A stretch of DNA of 64,000 nucleotides. It comes from a phage. The stretch lies in the sequence record PZ738962.1. One strand, given 5' to 3'. The position numbers and the translations under genes are program-made. A model generated the notes under the pieces. The model was not told the DNA's origin. It was given only the letters and a program-made list of their open reading frames with translations, and made no database searches. Below are positions 34,037 through 42,394 of the stretch, piece after piece (the first letter of the stretch is position 1; every line of letters starts with the position of its first letter).

Positions 34037-34049
34037 TTTAAACCTCCCA

Positions 34050-34090
34050 TATAACAGAAAACGGGGCTAGTATAAAACTAGTCCCCGTTT
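34050..34090 (-). terminator. long hairpin after alt (minus strand)
   Basis: acggggctagt...actagtccccgt stem followed by T-rich run on the minus strand. Confidence 0.5.
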
Positions 34091-34114
34091 GAGTCAACCA
34101 TTATTTCTTAAAAA

Positions 34115-36166
34115 TTACATTTTAAATTTATCTGGCATTGCGTCTACAGATACCAGATCAGCGATAAGCTGACGTAGAGTTGCCTTATCTGCTTTCTTAC
34201 GTTCGGTTTTAGCTTCGCTAATGAAGCTGGAGAAAGACAGGTCAGAAGCAGGTTTAATAACACCTTCACGGATGAATGCATCACCGTCCGCGATCATCTC
34301 GCCAGATTCTTGTAATGCTGCCAGTTCATTTTTGTTCATAATATGTGCCTCAATGTAATAAGTTTCTTGTGAATCCGTCGATGCCGTAGCACGAGTTACC
34401 GTATCAAAGGATAACACAACACCGCGAGGAAGTAAAATCTCGCATTCTTTGTAAGCAAATGCTTTGTTACCTACTGGCAATACAGGGATGTTTTCCGCGC
34501 CAGCAATGGAGAAAGCAACATTAGCGCCACCTTCACCGCGAGAGCCAGCCATAGAATCAACACCAGCAACGGCACTAGCCACGTTTGCATTCCAGCCGCC
34601 AAAAATGTTAGGTGCAAGGGAAGTGCTCACATAGTTTTTAAAGTAAAACGCTTTTTGCTTACGTGCAGTTTCCCACATTTGCGACCGGAAGTCCATACCA
34701 CGATACAGAATAGTACCCGGATCAAGTTTAACGCCATAGTTGGAGAAGGCATTATCCAGTGCATCGCACATCTTGACCAATTCTTCTGGATCTGCGATGC
34801 CTTCAAACTCTTCCAGCTTACGGTCGGTTAGGAAGTTGTTCATATTGATGTATGCTGCATCGGCATATTCGCTCAACACAAAACCTTCCGCGCCTGGCAG
34901 ATCAAGATCAATATCTGCCATCATTTCACCCATGTTGCTAGCAATTGCTTCAAACATACCGGACGCAACATTACGTAGGGCATCGGTTTTAATCTGGGTG
35001 ATATGACTACGCAGCATTTCAGCTTTTACATCTGCTGGCATAGACTGGTCTACTCGATCCATTGCCAGGACGGTGATCTTGTTTTCGAATACTTCCTCGC
35101 TCATGATTTCTTTTAAGCGTTTGACCGAGGCTGCGATAACTTCCGCAGACAATGGATCATATTGATCCTGAACTTTTACCAGTTCGCTTACTGCGTATTT
35201 TGCATCGGCTTCGCTTTCAAAAATAGTACGCATGAAACCATAGCGAGTGATAATATCACTTGTCCAGTCATTCAGAGAACGAGCGGTTGAACGTTCTAAG
35301 GCTTGACGGTCAATCAGAGTATTAAACTGTTTCTTAGGTTCTGCTTCGGTGATATCTTCTTCCGGTTTAAGATTAATTTTTTCTGGATGATTCACATAGT
35401 CGCTGTTATAGGTCGCTTGAGTTTTCAGCATTTCTTCTTTAGTCAAACGAGATTTAGCCGCTACGCGTTGTTCTGCTTCCGCGTTTCGTTCTTCTTCTGA
35501 CACAAGACTAGCCGCATATGCCTCATCTTTAGTCAGAGATTCACCAGTAGCCTTAGATACCCAGCGATCACCTAAATCACTTTCTACTTTAGTGAACAAG
35601 GATTCATCAAGTTTAATCCCTTTAATCTTATCAATCGCCATCCCGCGACGCTTGACAACAACTAAAGCGATCTTTTTGCTGGTCATTACTTCCTGCTGGA
35701 ATACTTCAAACTTCGGTGTACGACGCACCAAACGCTCTATAACGCGCTTAACCAGTTCGGTCTTACCTTTCATGCGGGATACGTTAAAACGGAACATAAC
35801 AGCGTCTAATTGCGCTTTACGGGCTGTTTCCATAACCACATCAAAAGCACTTGACATAACTGCAATCGGGTTATCGCCTAGACCATTTTTAAGCTGTACA
35901 ATACGACCGCTTTTGTTCATTTCGCACAGTACAACATGTGCGGTCTTGTCACCCATACGAATGATTTTAGGTGTTTTGTTGGTGAAGTTACAAAGACGGA
36001 CAATCACATCTTTATCGCGTGTCTGTACTGCAAAAAGTTGTTTAGGATTCTGCTTAGGCTTTAAGCACTGTATCGGAGCAATACTGCCAAAGTTTTCTTC
36101 CTCTTCCGTCAACAGCCATTTCTCGAAAGATTCAATCATTAGATCGTCGATTTCTAAGTTAAACAT
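34115..36166 (-). CDS. alt: Alt ADP-ribosyltransferase (injected internal head protein)
   Basis: 683 aa (T4 Alt about 682); C-terminal ART motifs YRG / STS / ECEILLPRG; position after gene 54. Confidence 0.8.
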   Translation of the reverse strand: MFNLEIDDLMIESFEKWLLTEEEENFGSIAPIQCLKPKQNPKQLFAVQTRDKDVIVRLCNFTNKTPKIIRMGDKTAHVVLCEMNKSGRIVQLKNGLGDNPIAVMSSAFDVVMETARKAQLDAVMFRFNVSRMKGKTELVKRVIERLVRRTPKFEVFQQEVMTSKKIALVVVKRRGMAIDKIKGIKLDESLFTKVESDLGDRWVSKATGESLTKDEAYAASLVSEEERNAEAEQRVAAKSRLTKEEMLKTQATYNSDYVNHPEKINLKPEEDITEAEPKKQFNTLIDRQALERSTARSLNDWTSDIITRYGFMRTIFESEADAKYAVSELVKVQDQYDPLSAEVIAASVKRLKEIMSEEVFENKITVLAMDRVDQSMPADVKAEMLRSHITQIKTDALRNVASGMFEAIASNMGEMMADIDLDLPGAEGFVLSEYADAAYINMNNFLTDRKLEEFEGIADPEELVKMCDALDNAFSNYGVKLDPGTILYRGMDFRSQMWETARKQKAFYFKNYVSTSLAPNIFGGWNANVASAVAGVDSMAGSRGEGGANVAFSIAGAENIPVLPVGNKAFAYKECEILLPRGVVLSFDTVTRATASTDSQETYYIEAHIMNKNELAALQESGEMIADGDAFIREGVIKPASDLSFSSFISEAKTERKKADKATLRQLIADLVSVDAMPDKFKM

Positions 36167-36204
36167 TTTATATCCTCTAGTTGATAACCTATAAACCTAT
36201 ATTT

Positions 36205-36228
36205 ATGAAAAAGGGGCTTAACGCCCCC
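36205..36228 (-). terminator. hairpin ggggc-ttaac-gcccc plus T-run (minus strand)
   Basis: read directly; downstream of the 70 aa gene. Confidence 0.45.
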
Positions 36229-36233
36229 ATTTA

Positions 36234-36446
36234 TTATAATGCACCATCGAGCAATTGCTCTAAGGTGTATCCTGAATAGTCTTTTTCAATCAGGATATAT
36301 TTTCCTACTCGTTTAATACAACCGCGCATTTCAACGTATTCTGCGTAGTTGATGGTACGAGTTGTTCCATCTTCCAGTAATGCAGTACCGATTTCGTTAA
36401 TGCGGTCATAAGTTACGTCGGTAATGATGATTTCGATGTTAGCCAT
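36234..36446 (-). CDS. hypothetical small protein
   Basis: 70 aa; ATG with Shine-Dalgarno; promoter cassette upstream. Confidence 0.4.
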   Translation of the reverse strand: MANIEIIITDVTYDRINEIGTALLEDGTTRTINYAEYVEMRGCIKRVGKYILIEKDYSGYTLEQLLDGAL

Positions 36447-36482
36447 TTGATACTCCTTAGTAGTTCGTTTCGGTATGGGTGT

Positions 36483-36511
36483 ATTATGATATACACCCTC
36501 TGTTATGTCAA
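36483..36511 (-). promoter_or_regulatory. sigma70-like early promoter (minus strand TTGACA-17-CATAAT)
   Basis: plus strand shows attatg...tgtcaa; sits about 37 nt upstream of the 70 aa gene start. Confidence 0.5.
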
Positions 36512-36517
36512 CAACTT

Positions 36518-36697
36518 TTAGAACATTTTTGAAATCAATTCTGCTTTGATTTCGCAGAGAACATCTAAAGATTTCTCGTCACCCGCTTTTGCTGCTTCTG
36601 CTTGCATTTTTGAAATGGCTTCAATGTCAGTGCAATTATAAGCCGCTTGAACTTTAGCGATTGCGATGATTGCCGATTCGATGGTTAAGTGTTTCAT
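36518..36697 (-). CDS. hypothetical small protein (59 aa, below ORF-track cutoff)
   Basis: hand-translated MKHLTIESAIIAIAKVQ...; ATG preceded by AGGAGAATCAAAC. Confidence 0.35.
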   Translation of the reverse strand: MKHLTIESAIIAIAKVQAAYNCTDIEAISKMQAEAAKAGDEKSLDVLCEIKAELISKMF

Positions 36698-36731
36698 GTT
36701 TGATTCTCCTAGTTCGTTTCGGTATGTGTGT

Positions 36732-36761
36732 ATTATAGGGGATCTCCGATCCCCCTGTCAA
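36732..36761 (-). promoter_or_regulatory. promoter-stem-loop cassette (TTGACA, palindromic GGGGGATCGGAGATCCCC spacer, TATAAT)
   Basis: consensus -35 and -10 hexamers on the minus strand with 18 nt palindromic spacer. Confidence 0.6.
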
Positions 36762-36768
36762 CAACTTT

Positions 36769-37287
36769 TTAGTTATTTTTTAATTGCTCATCTTGCAATA
36801 GGGCAATCACATGCTGGCGATGTTCTTCCGATTGAGGAACACCGAAAAAGTTTGTTTTGTAGAAATACTCTAATCGGTCTTCTCGTGTGCTCTCTTCCAT
36901 CATGATCGCGGGTAGTCCGAGATTTCGGAAACGTCGCTTTTCTGCTGACGTAAAATCACTGTAATACAACATAGAATCATCATTACCAGCAATGCTAAAC
37001 TCATCTTTCATAAAGGAGAATATTGCGTTTAAACGCTGTTTACCGTCCACGATTTCGATCTCATAGCGAGAGCCATCATCAATCTTAGCCATTGCGATAG
37101 CACCAACCGGAAAATCATTAATCAGGTTTTCGATAAACATACGTTTGTTTTCGGTGTCCCATACCAAAGGACGCTGATAATCTGGGTTCATGTTGATATA
37201 GCCATCTTCTAACCACGCCTCATAAACAGAGATGACAAAGTTTTTAGTATTGGTATAGTAACGGCGTTTAGGCGTTAAACGGTTCAT
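36769..37287 (-). CDS. DUF262 / ParB-Srx-like domain protein (stand-alone)
   Basis: ORF-track start is TTG; ATG at 37287 has AGGAGA Shine-Dalgarno and abuts the upstream stop; motifs NPDYQRPLVW and VDGKQRLNAI (DGQQR-like). Confidence 0.55.
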   Translation of the reverse strand: MNRLTPKRRYYTNTKNFVISVYEAWLEDGYINMNPDYQRPLVWDTENKRMFIENLINDFPVGAIAMAKIDDGSRYEIEIVDGKQRLNAIFSFMKDEFSIAGNDDSMLYYSDFTSAEKRRFRNLGLPAIMMEESTREDRLEYFYKTNFFGVPQSEEHRQHVIALLQDEQLKNN

Positions 37288-37288
37288 G

Positions 37289-37621
37289 TTATAGTCTCCT
37301 GAATGGATCATCACGTAAATCAATATCTTTTAAGAACTCATCCCATGAATGTCGGATATTGTTCTTAATTCTCCAGATAAGCGCAGGGATTGAACGCTCT
37401 CCCATCTGGAAGTATGGATCATATGATCCGTATGCCCAATATGCTACTACAATTCCACAATCAGCGCAATAATATTCTATTTCACTTGCTGGCGACCAAA
37501 GTCCATCAATATGATCAGTGATCTTGCTTTCGATGTTATGGCTATGACAATCAGGGCAACGGATGCAATGACCTTGTTTATCGTAATTTGACGTTAGCGA
37601 ATACTTAAACAATCTCATCAT
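37289..37621 (-). CDS. zinc-ribbon protein
   Basis: 110 aa; CIRCPDC...YYCADCG (two CxxC pairs); translationally coupled on both sides. Confidence 0.5.
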   Translation of the reverse strand: MMRLFKYSLTSNYDKQGHCIRCPDCHSHNIESKITDHIDGLWSPASEIEYYCADCGIVVAYWAYGSYDPYFQMGERSIPALIWRIKNNIRHSWDEFLKDIDLRDDPFRRL

Positions 37622-38334
37622 AGATCCTTATTTGCTTCAAATACTGCCTTTGCGAATCCTCGCGGGGTAAGTGACCTGATAGTCTTTGTTTTCGTTCCTT
37701 TCCCGCCTAGCTTAGAATGCTGTTTACTGTACCCTTTATTAATCTGCAACGGTTTCTTTTCTGGCATTATAAAGCCTTGTCCGGTCCATAAGCAAGTCTT
37801 TTTCGGGTACATATCACGGGCGGCGATATACTCAGGAAACGTAGGATGTTTATCATCTTCCGGCAAATAACCGCCATATTCCCACGGATGTAACATGTAA
37901 TCAGGCTTACGCCACATACTAGAGATAACGCTTACAGGATTCTCTATCATGTAGGGAACTCCTAGCCATTCACCCAAATAAGCGGTTATTTTAGCTGCCC
38001 GTACATCATGAACTTGAATCAATGGTCCTTGTTCTCGTTTCTTTCGTTCAAAGTGTGCAGCGCCACTAACAGCTAAATTGGTGCACGGTGGGAATGCAAA
38101 GATAATATCCGGTTTCCCCCATTCAAGGTCCATTGCTCTTTCTAGCCAGTTCAAATCAATCCATGTGTTTACATAGGTAATGTTTGGGTGTTCAAATCTG
38201 GTATTATACTTTTTGTATGTGCCGTGGTCGCCATCGTCAGCATTAAAGCAGATCACCTTATGACCTGCTTTAGCCCATTCTAGCCCCATTATCCCCGATC
38301 CGTCAAAGTTACAGAATATTAATTTTTGTTTCAT
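37618..38334 (-). CDS. minimal C5-cytosine-methyltransferase-like protein (no obvious target-recognition domain)
   Basis: 238 aa; motif I-like FCNFDGSGIMG, motif IV-like IIFAFPPCTNLAVSG (Pro-Cys), motif VI-like YMIENPVSV, motif IX-like RSLTPRGFAKAV; collinear with M.HhaI motif order (recalled). Confidence 0.45.
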   Translation of the reverse strand: MKQKLIFCNFDGSGIMGLEWAKAGHKVICFNADDGDHGTYKKYNTRFEHPNITYVNTWIDLNWLERAMDLEWGKPDIIFAFPPCTNLAVSGAAHFERKKREQGPLIQVHDVRAAKITAYLGEWLGVPYMIENPVSVISSMWRKPDYMLHPWEYGGYLPEDDKHPTFPEYIAARDMYPKKTCLWTGQGFIMPEKKPLQINKGYSKQHSKLGGKGTKTKTIRSLTPRGFAKAVFEANKDL

Positions 38335-38576
38335 ATACGCCCCTTTAATCCAACACAGATTTTAGAAGGTTCTTTGCCGTGCCACATTAAGTAAAGTCCG
38401 TTAATGCGGCCTTGTTTTGTATATGATTCTTTTCTGATCTTCTTATAGTGTCGTGCTTCCTCAACTGATTGTTTAGAATACCAATCATAAAGGAAGAGGC
38501 ACAAAGGCCAACCATTAGCGGCCTTAATGCAGTTATTAAGAAATTCCTTATTGCGTTTAATTAATTTTCTTTTCAC
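38331..38576 (-). CDS. hypothetical protein (GTG start overlapping upstream stop)
   Basis: 81 aa; 4 nt overlap (GTGA) with upstream gene. Confidence 0.35.
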   Translation of the reverse strand: MKRKLIKRNKEFLNNCIKAANGWPLCLFLYDWYSKQSVEEARHYKKIRKESYTKQGRINGLYLMWHGKEPSKICVGLKGRI

Positions 38577-38824
38577 GCTGCCCCCATTGGTTTGATAGTA
38601 ACAGAATCTAAAAGACCTTTGTTAGCCAGTTCGCGGCAAGTTTTCAGATCCGCAACTTCCCAGCCAGCCGCAATCAGGTTATCAATCAGGCTGTTAGCAA
38701 CTTCTTCGCTCATGAAAGAGCACTGTTTGCCGATGGTGTAGCGTACACGCTGTAATTTCAGTTTACGGAAGCCTTTAACGTTCAGGTCTTTAGCGATTTT
38801 CTTTGCGGTTTCGATGTTAGCCAT
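38573..38824 (-). CDS. hypothetical protein, first gene of the five-gene operon
   Basis: 83 aa; ATG with AGGAGAATCAAAC; promoter cassette about 40 nt upstream. Confidence 0.45.
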   Translation of the reverse strand: MANIETAKKIAKDLNVKGFRKLKLQRVRYTIGKQCSFMSEEVANSLIDNLIAAGWEVADLKTCRELANKGLLDSVTIKPMGAA

Positions 38825-38864
38825 TGTTTGATTCTCCTAAGTGGTATCTCGTCTTGATGGTTGT

Positions 38865-38893
38865 ATTGTAGGGGAGTTATCCTCCCCTGTCAA
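38865..38893 (-). promoter_or_regulatory. promoter-stem-loop cassette (TTGACA, GGGGAGGATAACTCCCC, TACAAT)
   Basis: palindromic 17 nt spacer between near-consensus hexamers. Confidence 0.55.
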
Positions 38894-38907
38894 CACTTTT
38901 TATAAAA

Positions 38908-39075
38908 TTATTTGTTAATTTCCGGTGCGTTGCTCGGATAGTAACCTTCTTTAACACCCAGATATTTTGCAACCATCCCTACAATCTTCTGTGCTACTAC
39001 AATGTCAAATTTCAGATAATCTTCGCCGTGGGTTTCAATGATATATGCTTCACATGCTGCTTTAGTCTCGAACAT
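38908..39075 (-). CDS. small protein (55 aa), paralog of 42193..42360
   Basis: hand-translated MFETKAACEAYIIETHGEDYLKFDIVVAQKIVGMVAKYLGVKEGYYPSNAPEINK. Confidence 0.4.
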   Translation of the reverse strand: MFETKAACEAYIIETHGEDYLKFDIVVAQKIVGMVAKYLGVKEGYYPSNAPEINK

Positions 39076-39108
39076 TTTGATTCTCCTATATCTCGTTGGT
39101 ATGTGTGC

Positions 39109-39137
39109 ATTATAGGGGATCTCCCGATCCCCGTCAA
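39109..39137 (-). promoter_or_regulatory. promoter-stem-loop cassette (TTGACG, GGGGATCGGGAGATCCCC, TATAAT)
   Basis: read directly. Confidence 0.55.
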
Positions 39138-39151
39138 CAACTTTTTTAAAA

Positions 39152-39433
39152 TTATTCGTGATTAGTTTCGATATTGTGCATTTTGCACCAGTTTAGCCAA
39201 TCACCCAGATCCTGATAGTTAATGCTTTTATCTGCTGCCATCGTTTTTGTCTTGATACCCATATGTGCGTTATGAGTAAGCATTTTTACAGTGAACTCAA
39301 TTTTATCACCTTTAGCTTTAACATCAACCAGTTTGGTCCACTGGCTACCAGCGCCGCGAATGTTCATACCAACGATGTTTCCGATGTATGCTTCTTTGTT
39401 TTTCAGGATTTCGGTTGCTTTGATGAATTTCAT
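39152..39433 (-). CDS. hypothetical protein
   Basis: 93 aa; Shine-Dalgarno plus ATG; cassette upstream. Confidence 0.45.
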   Translation of the reverse strand: MKFIKATEILKNKEAYIGNIVGMNIRGAGSQWTKLVDVKAKGDKIEFTVKMLTHNAHMGIKTKTMAADKSINYQDLGDWLNWCKMHNIETNHE

Positions 39434-39466
39434 TTTTGATTCTCCAGTTCGTTTCGGTATGGGTGT

Positions 39467-39495
39467 ATTATGCTATGTTCTTACTTTGGTGTCAA
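39467..39495 (-). promoter_or_regulatory. sigma70-like early promoter (TTGACA-17-CATAAT)
   Basis: read directly. Confidence 0.5.
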
Positions 39496-39503
39496 CAACT
39501 TTT

Positions 39504-39773
39504 TTAGATATTTTCAGAAATAAATTTTAAAACTTGACGTAAATGTTTCTCATCTTTGATAGTCGCCGGAAGTTCTTCTTTTACTTCCTGTGCAAGATAG
39601 ATATTTCCGTTCCAAGTGAAAGATCCGTCTTCGTTTACGCGATAGCTGAACATCCACTCGCAATCATTTTCGATTTCATATACACACAGAAGGGTGTAAT
39701 CGTTAAAGCTATTGATTTCAAGGTCGAAGCCGTGACGTTTTGCAAAGTTGGTAGTGGTTTTAGTCAGTGCCAT
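39504..39773 (-). CDS. hypothetical protein
   Basis: 89 aa. Confidence 0.45.
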   Translation of the reverse strand: MALTKTTTNFAKRHGFDLEINSFNDYTLLCVYEIENDCEWMFSYRVNEDGSFTWNGNIYLAQEVKEELPATIKDEKHLRQVLKFISENI

Positions 39774-39813
39774 TGTTTGATTCTCCTAAGTGGTATCTCG
39801 TTTCGATGGGTGT

Positions 39814-39842
39814 ATTATGCTATAGGCGTGATCTGGTGTCAA
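39814..39842 (-). promoter_or_regulatory. sigma70-like early promoter (TTGACA-17-CATAAT)
   Basis: read directly. Confidence 0.5.
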
Positions 39843-39863
39843 CAACTTTTTTTAATTTTTTGG

Positions 39864-39892
39864 AAATAAAAAAGCCGACACTAAGGTCGGCT
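39864..39892 (-). terminator. hairpin agccgac...gtcggct plus T-run (minus strand)
   Basis: read directly; downstream of 39900..40208. Confidence 0.5.
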
Positions 39893-39899
39893 AATAAAA

Positions 39900-40208
39900 T
39901 CATTTAGACAAGTAATCATTCTGTGCAATACGGTCGGCGTATGCTGGTGTTACGTCAATCGCAATCACTTTAACGCGTGCTTTCTTGCGACCTGGGTTTT
40001 CTCGTAACCAGTGCTCATGACCGTGAACATTTTTATACTTTGATGCTTCTTCAAATGTACGGATCGGACCTGGATAATCTGCGTAAAGGATCTCTAGGTC
40101 TTCGGTGATGTAAAAATATACATCATAATTACTGTTCTCTAGTTTAAGCAGAGACTTTCGGAACATTGGGAGATTTTCGCGGGTAAATTCAAAGATATTA
40201 TCTTTCAT
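39900..40208 (-). CDS. H-x-H-W family protein, member A
   Basis: 102 aa; YDVYFYITEDL...HGHEHW...KVIAIDV. Confidence 0.5.
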   Translation of the reverse strand: MKDNIFEFTRENLPMFRKSLLKLENSNYDVYFYITEDLEILYADYPGPIRTFEEASKYKNVHGHEHWLRENPGRKKARVKVIAIDVTPAYADRIAQNDYLSK

Positions 40209-40231
40209 AGTATTATCCTCAATAGTTTGAT

Positions 40232-40258
40232 GAAAAGGGGTGGGGCTTAACGCCCCGT
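40232..40258 (-). terminator. hairpin ggggc-ttaac-gcccc plus T-run (minus strand)
   Basis: read directly. Confidence 0.45.
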
Positions 40259-40261
40259 ATA

Positions 40262-40549
40262 TTAAAACAGTCCTTCCTGTACACCGTAGTAGAGTTCATC
40301 GCTGATAATTTCATTAATGCGACGGTGTGCATATTCCTGATTTGCGAAGTTATCAGCAAGTTCTACTTTAGTTTCTCCGTCATGAGTCCATTTAGTGATA
40401 ACTTTACCATCTGCAAATTTGAAGTTGAACTCTTTAGCTACTGCATCGCGTACCAGACGTGCGAACTTGTTATTACGGATTGCATTATCGGTTTCGTGTG
40501 CAGCGTGAGCGAATTTGTTAACTTTCAGAGTGATAGTAATGTATGCCAT
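40262..40549 (-). CDS. hypothetical protein (paralog of 43575..43886)
   Basis: 95 aa; shares VR.A.AKEFN.K motif with 43575..43886. Confidence 0.45.
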   Translation of the reverse strand: MAYITITLKVNKFAHAAHETDNAIRNNKFARLVRDAVAKEFNFKFADGKVITKWTHDGETKVELADNFANQEYAHRRINEIISDELYYGVQEGLF

Positions 40550-40595
40550 AATTTGATTCTCCTAGTTAGAAAGTGTATCTCGTTTCGATGGGTGT

Positions 40596-40624
40596 ATTAT
40601 GCTATACACCCGATCTTATGTCAA
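40596..40624 (-). promoter_or_regulatory. sigma70-like early promoter (TTGACA-17-CATAAT)
   Basis: read directly. Confidence 0.5.
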
Positions 40625-40630
40625 CACTTT

Positions 40631-40909
40631 TTATAAAATAATTTTTTGATATTTTTCTATGATGTTTGTGTAGGTCACGTCAACCGCTAGCACCGTTGCT
40701 TCGAATCCACCGTTTAGCCAATGGCTATGATCATGATCGTGAAAGAAACCAAGACCAGTACGAAGACCTTCTTTATATTCGGCGCGTACATTTAGATCAT
40801 CATCGATAAACAGATAAAACCATGAATTTTTACTAGGATTGATGATACAACCTTTCAGATTAGGGAGAATATCACGACTAAGAATAAACTTATCACCTAC
40901 TTTGAACAT
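40631..40909 (-). CDS. H-x-H-W family protein, member B
   Basis: start moved to ATG at 40909 (GAGGA Shine-Dalgarno); WFYLFIDDDL...HDHSHW...TVLAVDV. Confidence 0.5.
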   Translation of the reverse strand: MFKVGDKFILSRDILPNLKGCIINPSKNSWFYLFIDDDLNVRAEYKEGLRTGLGFFHDHDHSHWLNGGFEATVLAVDVTYTNIIEKYQKIIL

Positions 40910-40913
40910 AATA

Positions 40914-41234
40914 TTAGTCCTCATTTATAAGGTCAAACCAATTGTTTTTCGCATAATGCTTAATGCGTGCTTGATCTGCTTCCGCTGGTGATAGATTCCA
41001 TGCAACCACTACAACTTCTGACGCATCGTCATCCGTTTCTGATACCCAATGATTGTGATTCATACAGTTATTTGCGATCGAGTGAGCAAATGATTTCATC
41101 ACTGGAGACGTATAATCATAGTAACGGATTTTCAGATTTTCATCAACGTACAAATAGATCGTATAAGGTTTATATTCAGTAACCAGTAACAGACAGTTAC
41201 GCAATTCTGGGAAAATCTTTTTAGTTAATTTCAT
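40914..41234 (-). CDS. H-x-H-W family protein, member C
   Basis: start moved to ATG at 41234 (GAGGA Shine-Dalgarno, directly after upstream stop); YTIYLYVDENL...MNHNHW...VVVAWN. Confidence 0.45.
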   Translation of the reverse strand: MKLTKKIFPELRNCLLLVTEYKPYTIYLYVDENLKIRYYDYTSPVMKSFAHSIANNCMNHNHWVSETDDDASEVVVVAWNLSPAEADQARIKHYAKNNWFDLINED

Positions 41235-41235
41235 T

Positions 41236-41454
41236 TTATAATCCTCGGTCGCGGCTATAGTACACGGTACGCCATACAATTTCATGTTTCGTGTCGCTCC
41301 AGCACACGATCTCATTTACTCTTAAATCTTTGTTATCAACAAAAGATGAACATTGTGACGCTTCTTTCATCATTTTATCTGCTGTTTTCTCATCAAATAC
41401 AGCACAGATTTCTTTATACACTCGATAATCTTTGAATTGACTCTGAATACCCAT
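41236..41454 (-). CDS. hypothetical small protein (paralog of 41414..41671)
   Basis: 72 aa; shares F.EKMM..AS.C.SF with the next gene. Confidence 0.4.
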   Translation of the reverse strand: MGIQSQFKDYRVYKEICAVFDEKTADKMMKEASQCSSFVDNKDLRVNEIVCWSDTKHEIVWRTVYYSRDRGL

Positions 41455-41671
41455 AATTCACACCATTCCAACCAATTGTTTTTGAGAAAACGTTTATCCA
41501 CTGTTGAGTGTAACATGTTTCTTTCCATGATACAATACGAGTAGAATAATGGTTTTTGTTTCCAGAAAAGGACGGGCATTTTGATGCATCTTCCATCATC
41601 TTTTCGGCGAACTCTGGTGCGTATACTCGCAGGATCTGTTGATATGCTTTGTATTCTTTAAATTTGCTCAT
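41414..41671 (-). CDS. hypothetical small protein (paralog of 41236..41454)
   Basis: start moved to ATG 41671 (AAGGT Shine-Dalgarno). Confidence 0.4.
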   Translation of the reverse strand: MSKFKEYKAYQQILRVYAPEFAEKMMEDASKCPSFSGNKNHYSTRIVSWKETCYTQQWINVFSKTIGWNGVNYGYSESIQRLSSV

Positions 41672-41936
41672 AATCATTCACTACCTTATCAGCTTCTTTT
41701 GTTGTTTTTACATCAACTGCGATAACTCGTAAAGGTTCGTCATGGTTCCACCAGTGGTCATGAATATCAGCTTGTGATTTATCACCAAAGGAATCACGAA
41801 TATCATTTTTACATTTATAGCTAATGTGACCTTCATAGTCAACATAAAGGTAATTATCGAAAATCGGCGTTTTTAAGATCATACCGAAAAATCTTTCTTT
41901 GTGTGTCTTATCCAGCGTTGCAGTAATTCGCATCAT
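41658..41936 (-). CDS. H-x-H-W family protein, member D
   Basis: 92 aa; NYLYVDYEG...IHDHWW...RVIAVDV. Confidence 0.5.
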   Translation of the reverse strand: MMRITATLDKTHKERFFGMILKTPIFDNYLYVDYEGHISYKCKNDIRDSFGDKSQADIHDHWWNHDEPLRVIAVDVKTTKEADKVVNDYEQI

Positions 41937-41948
41937 AATATATTCCTC

Positions 41949-42128
41949 TTAGAAAGGGATGGTCATTTCTTGAGCTTGTACATTCTCGTTAGGATTAAAC
42001 TTCATCCAGCCGATATTGTCTACCAGCATATGCACATTTTTATCATATCCTACGTGAGTAGTCAACACTAAATGTGCTTTATCTTCAATGATGAGTTCCA
42101 TGTACTTCTGAACTTCGATAGCTTTCAT
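41949..42128 (-). CDS. hypothetical small protein (59 aa, below ORF-track cutoff)
   Basis: hand-translated MKAIEVQKYMELIIEDKAHLVL...; Shine-Dalgarno plus ATG; cassette upstream. Confidence 0.3.
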   Translation of the reverse strand: MKAIEVQKYMELIIEDKAHLVLTTHVGYDKNVHMLVDNIGWMKFNPNENVQAQEMTIPF

Positions 42129-42160
42129 TTTGATTCTCCGTTTGTTGTCTTGATGGGAGT

Positions 42161-42189
42161 ATCTTACTACTCCCTTTAATCATTGTCAA
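42161..42189 (-). promoter_or_regulatory. promoter-stem-loop cassette (TTGACA, palindromic GGGAGTAGTA spacer, TAAGAT)
   Basis: read directly; same cassette type as 51787, 52294. Confidence 0.45.
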
Positions 42190-42192
42190 CTA

Positions 42193-42360
42193 TTATTTGT
42201 TAATTTCTGGTGCGTTGCTCGGATAGTAACCTTCTTTAACACCCAGATATTTTGCGACCATTCCGGTGATCTTCTGTGCTACTACGATATCGAATTTCAG
42301 GTAATCTTCACCGTGGTTTGCTACAATGTATGCTTCGCATTCTGCTTTAGTCTGGAACAT
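42193..42360 (-). CDS. small protein (55 aa), paralog of 38908..39075
   Basis: ORF-track start 42447 runs through the promoter; ATG 42360 gives MFQTKAECEAYIVANHGEDYLKFDIVVAQK... Confidence 0.4.
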   Translation of the reverse strand: MFQTKAECEAYIVANHGEDYLKFDIVVAQKITGMVAKYLGVKEGYYPSNAPEINK

Positions 42361-42394
42361 TTTTGATTCTCCTATATCTCGTTGGTATGTGTGC

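Larger units (their letters stand above)
38908..39140. repeat. duplicated block of about 230 bp (small gene plus promoter cassette), copy 1
   Basis: roughly 85-90 percent identical by eye to 42193..42425. Confidence 0.55.

Noticed and set aside
35592-36194. 200 aa plus-strand ORF
   Set aside because: Lies entirely antisense within the alt coding region, has no Shine-Dalgarno and a low-complexity composition; treated as a shadow ORF.
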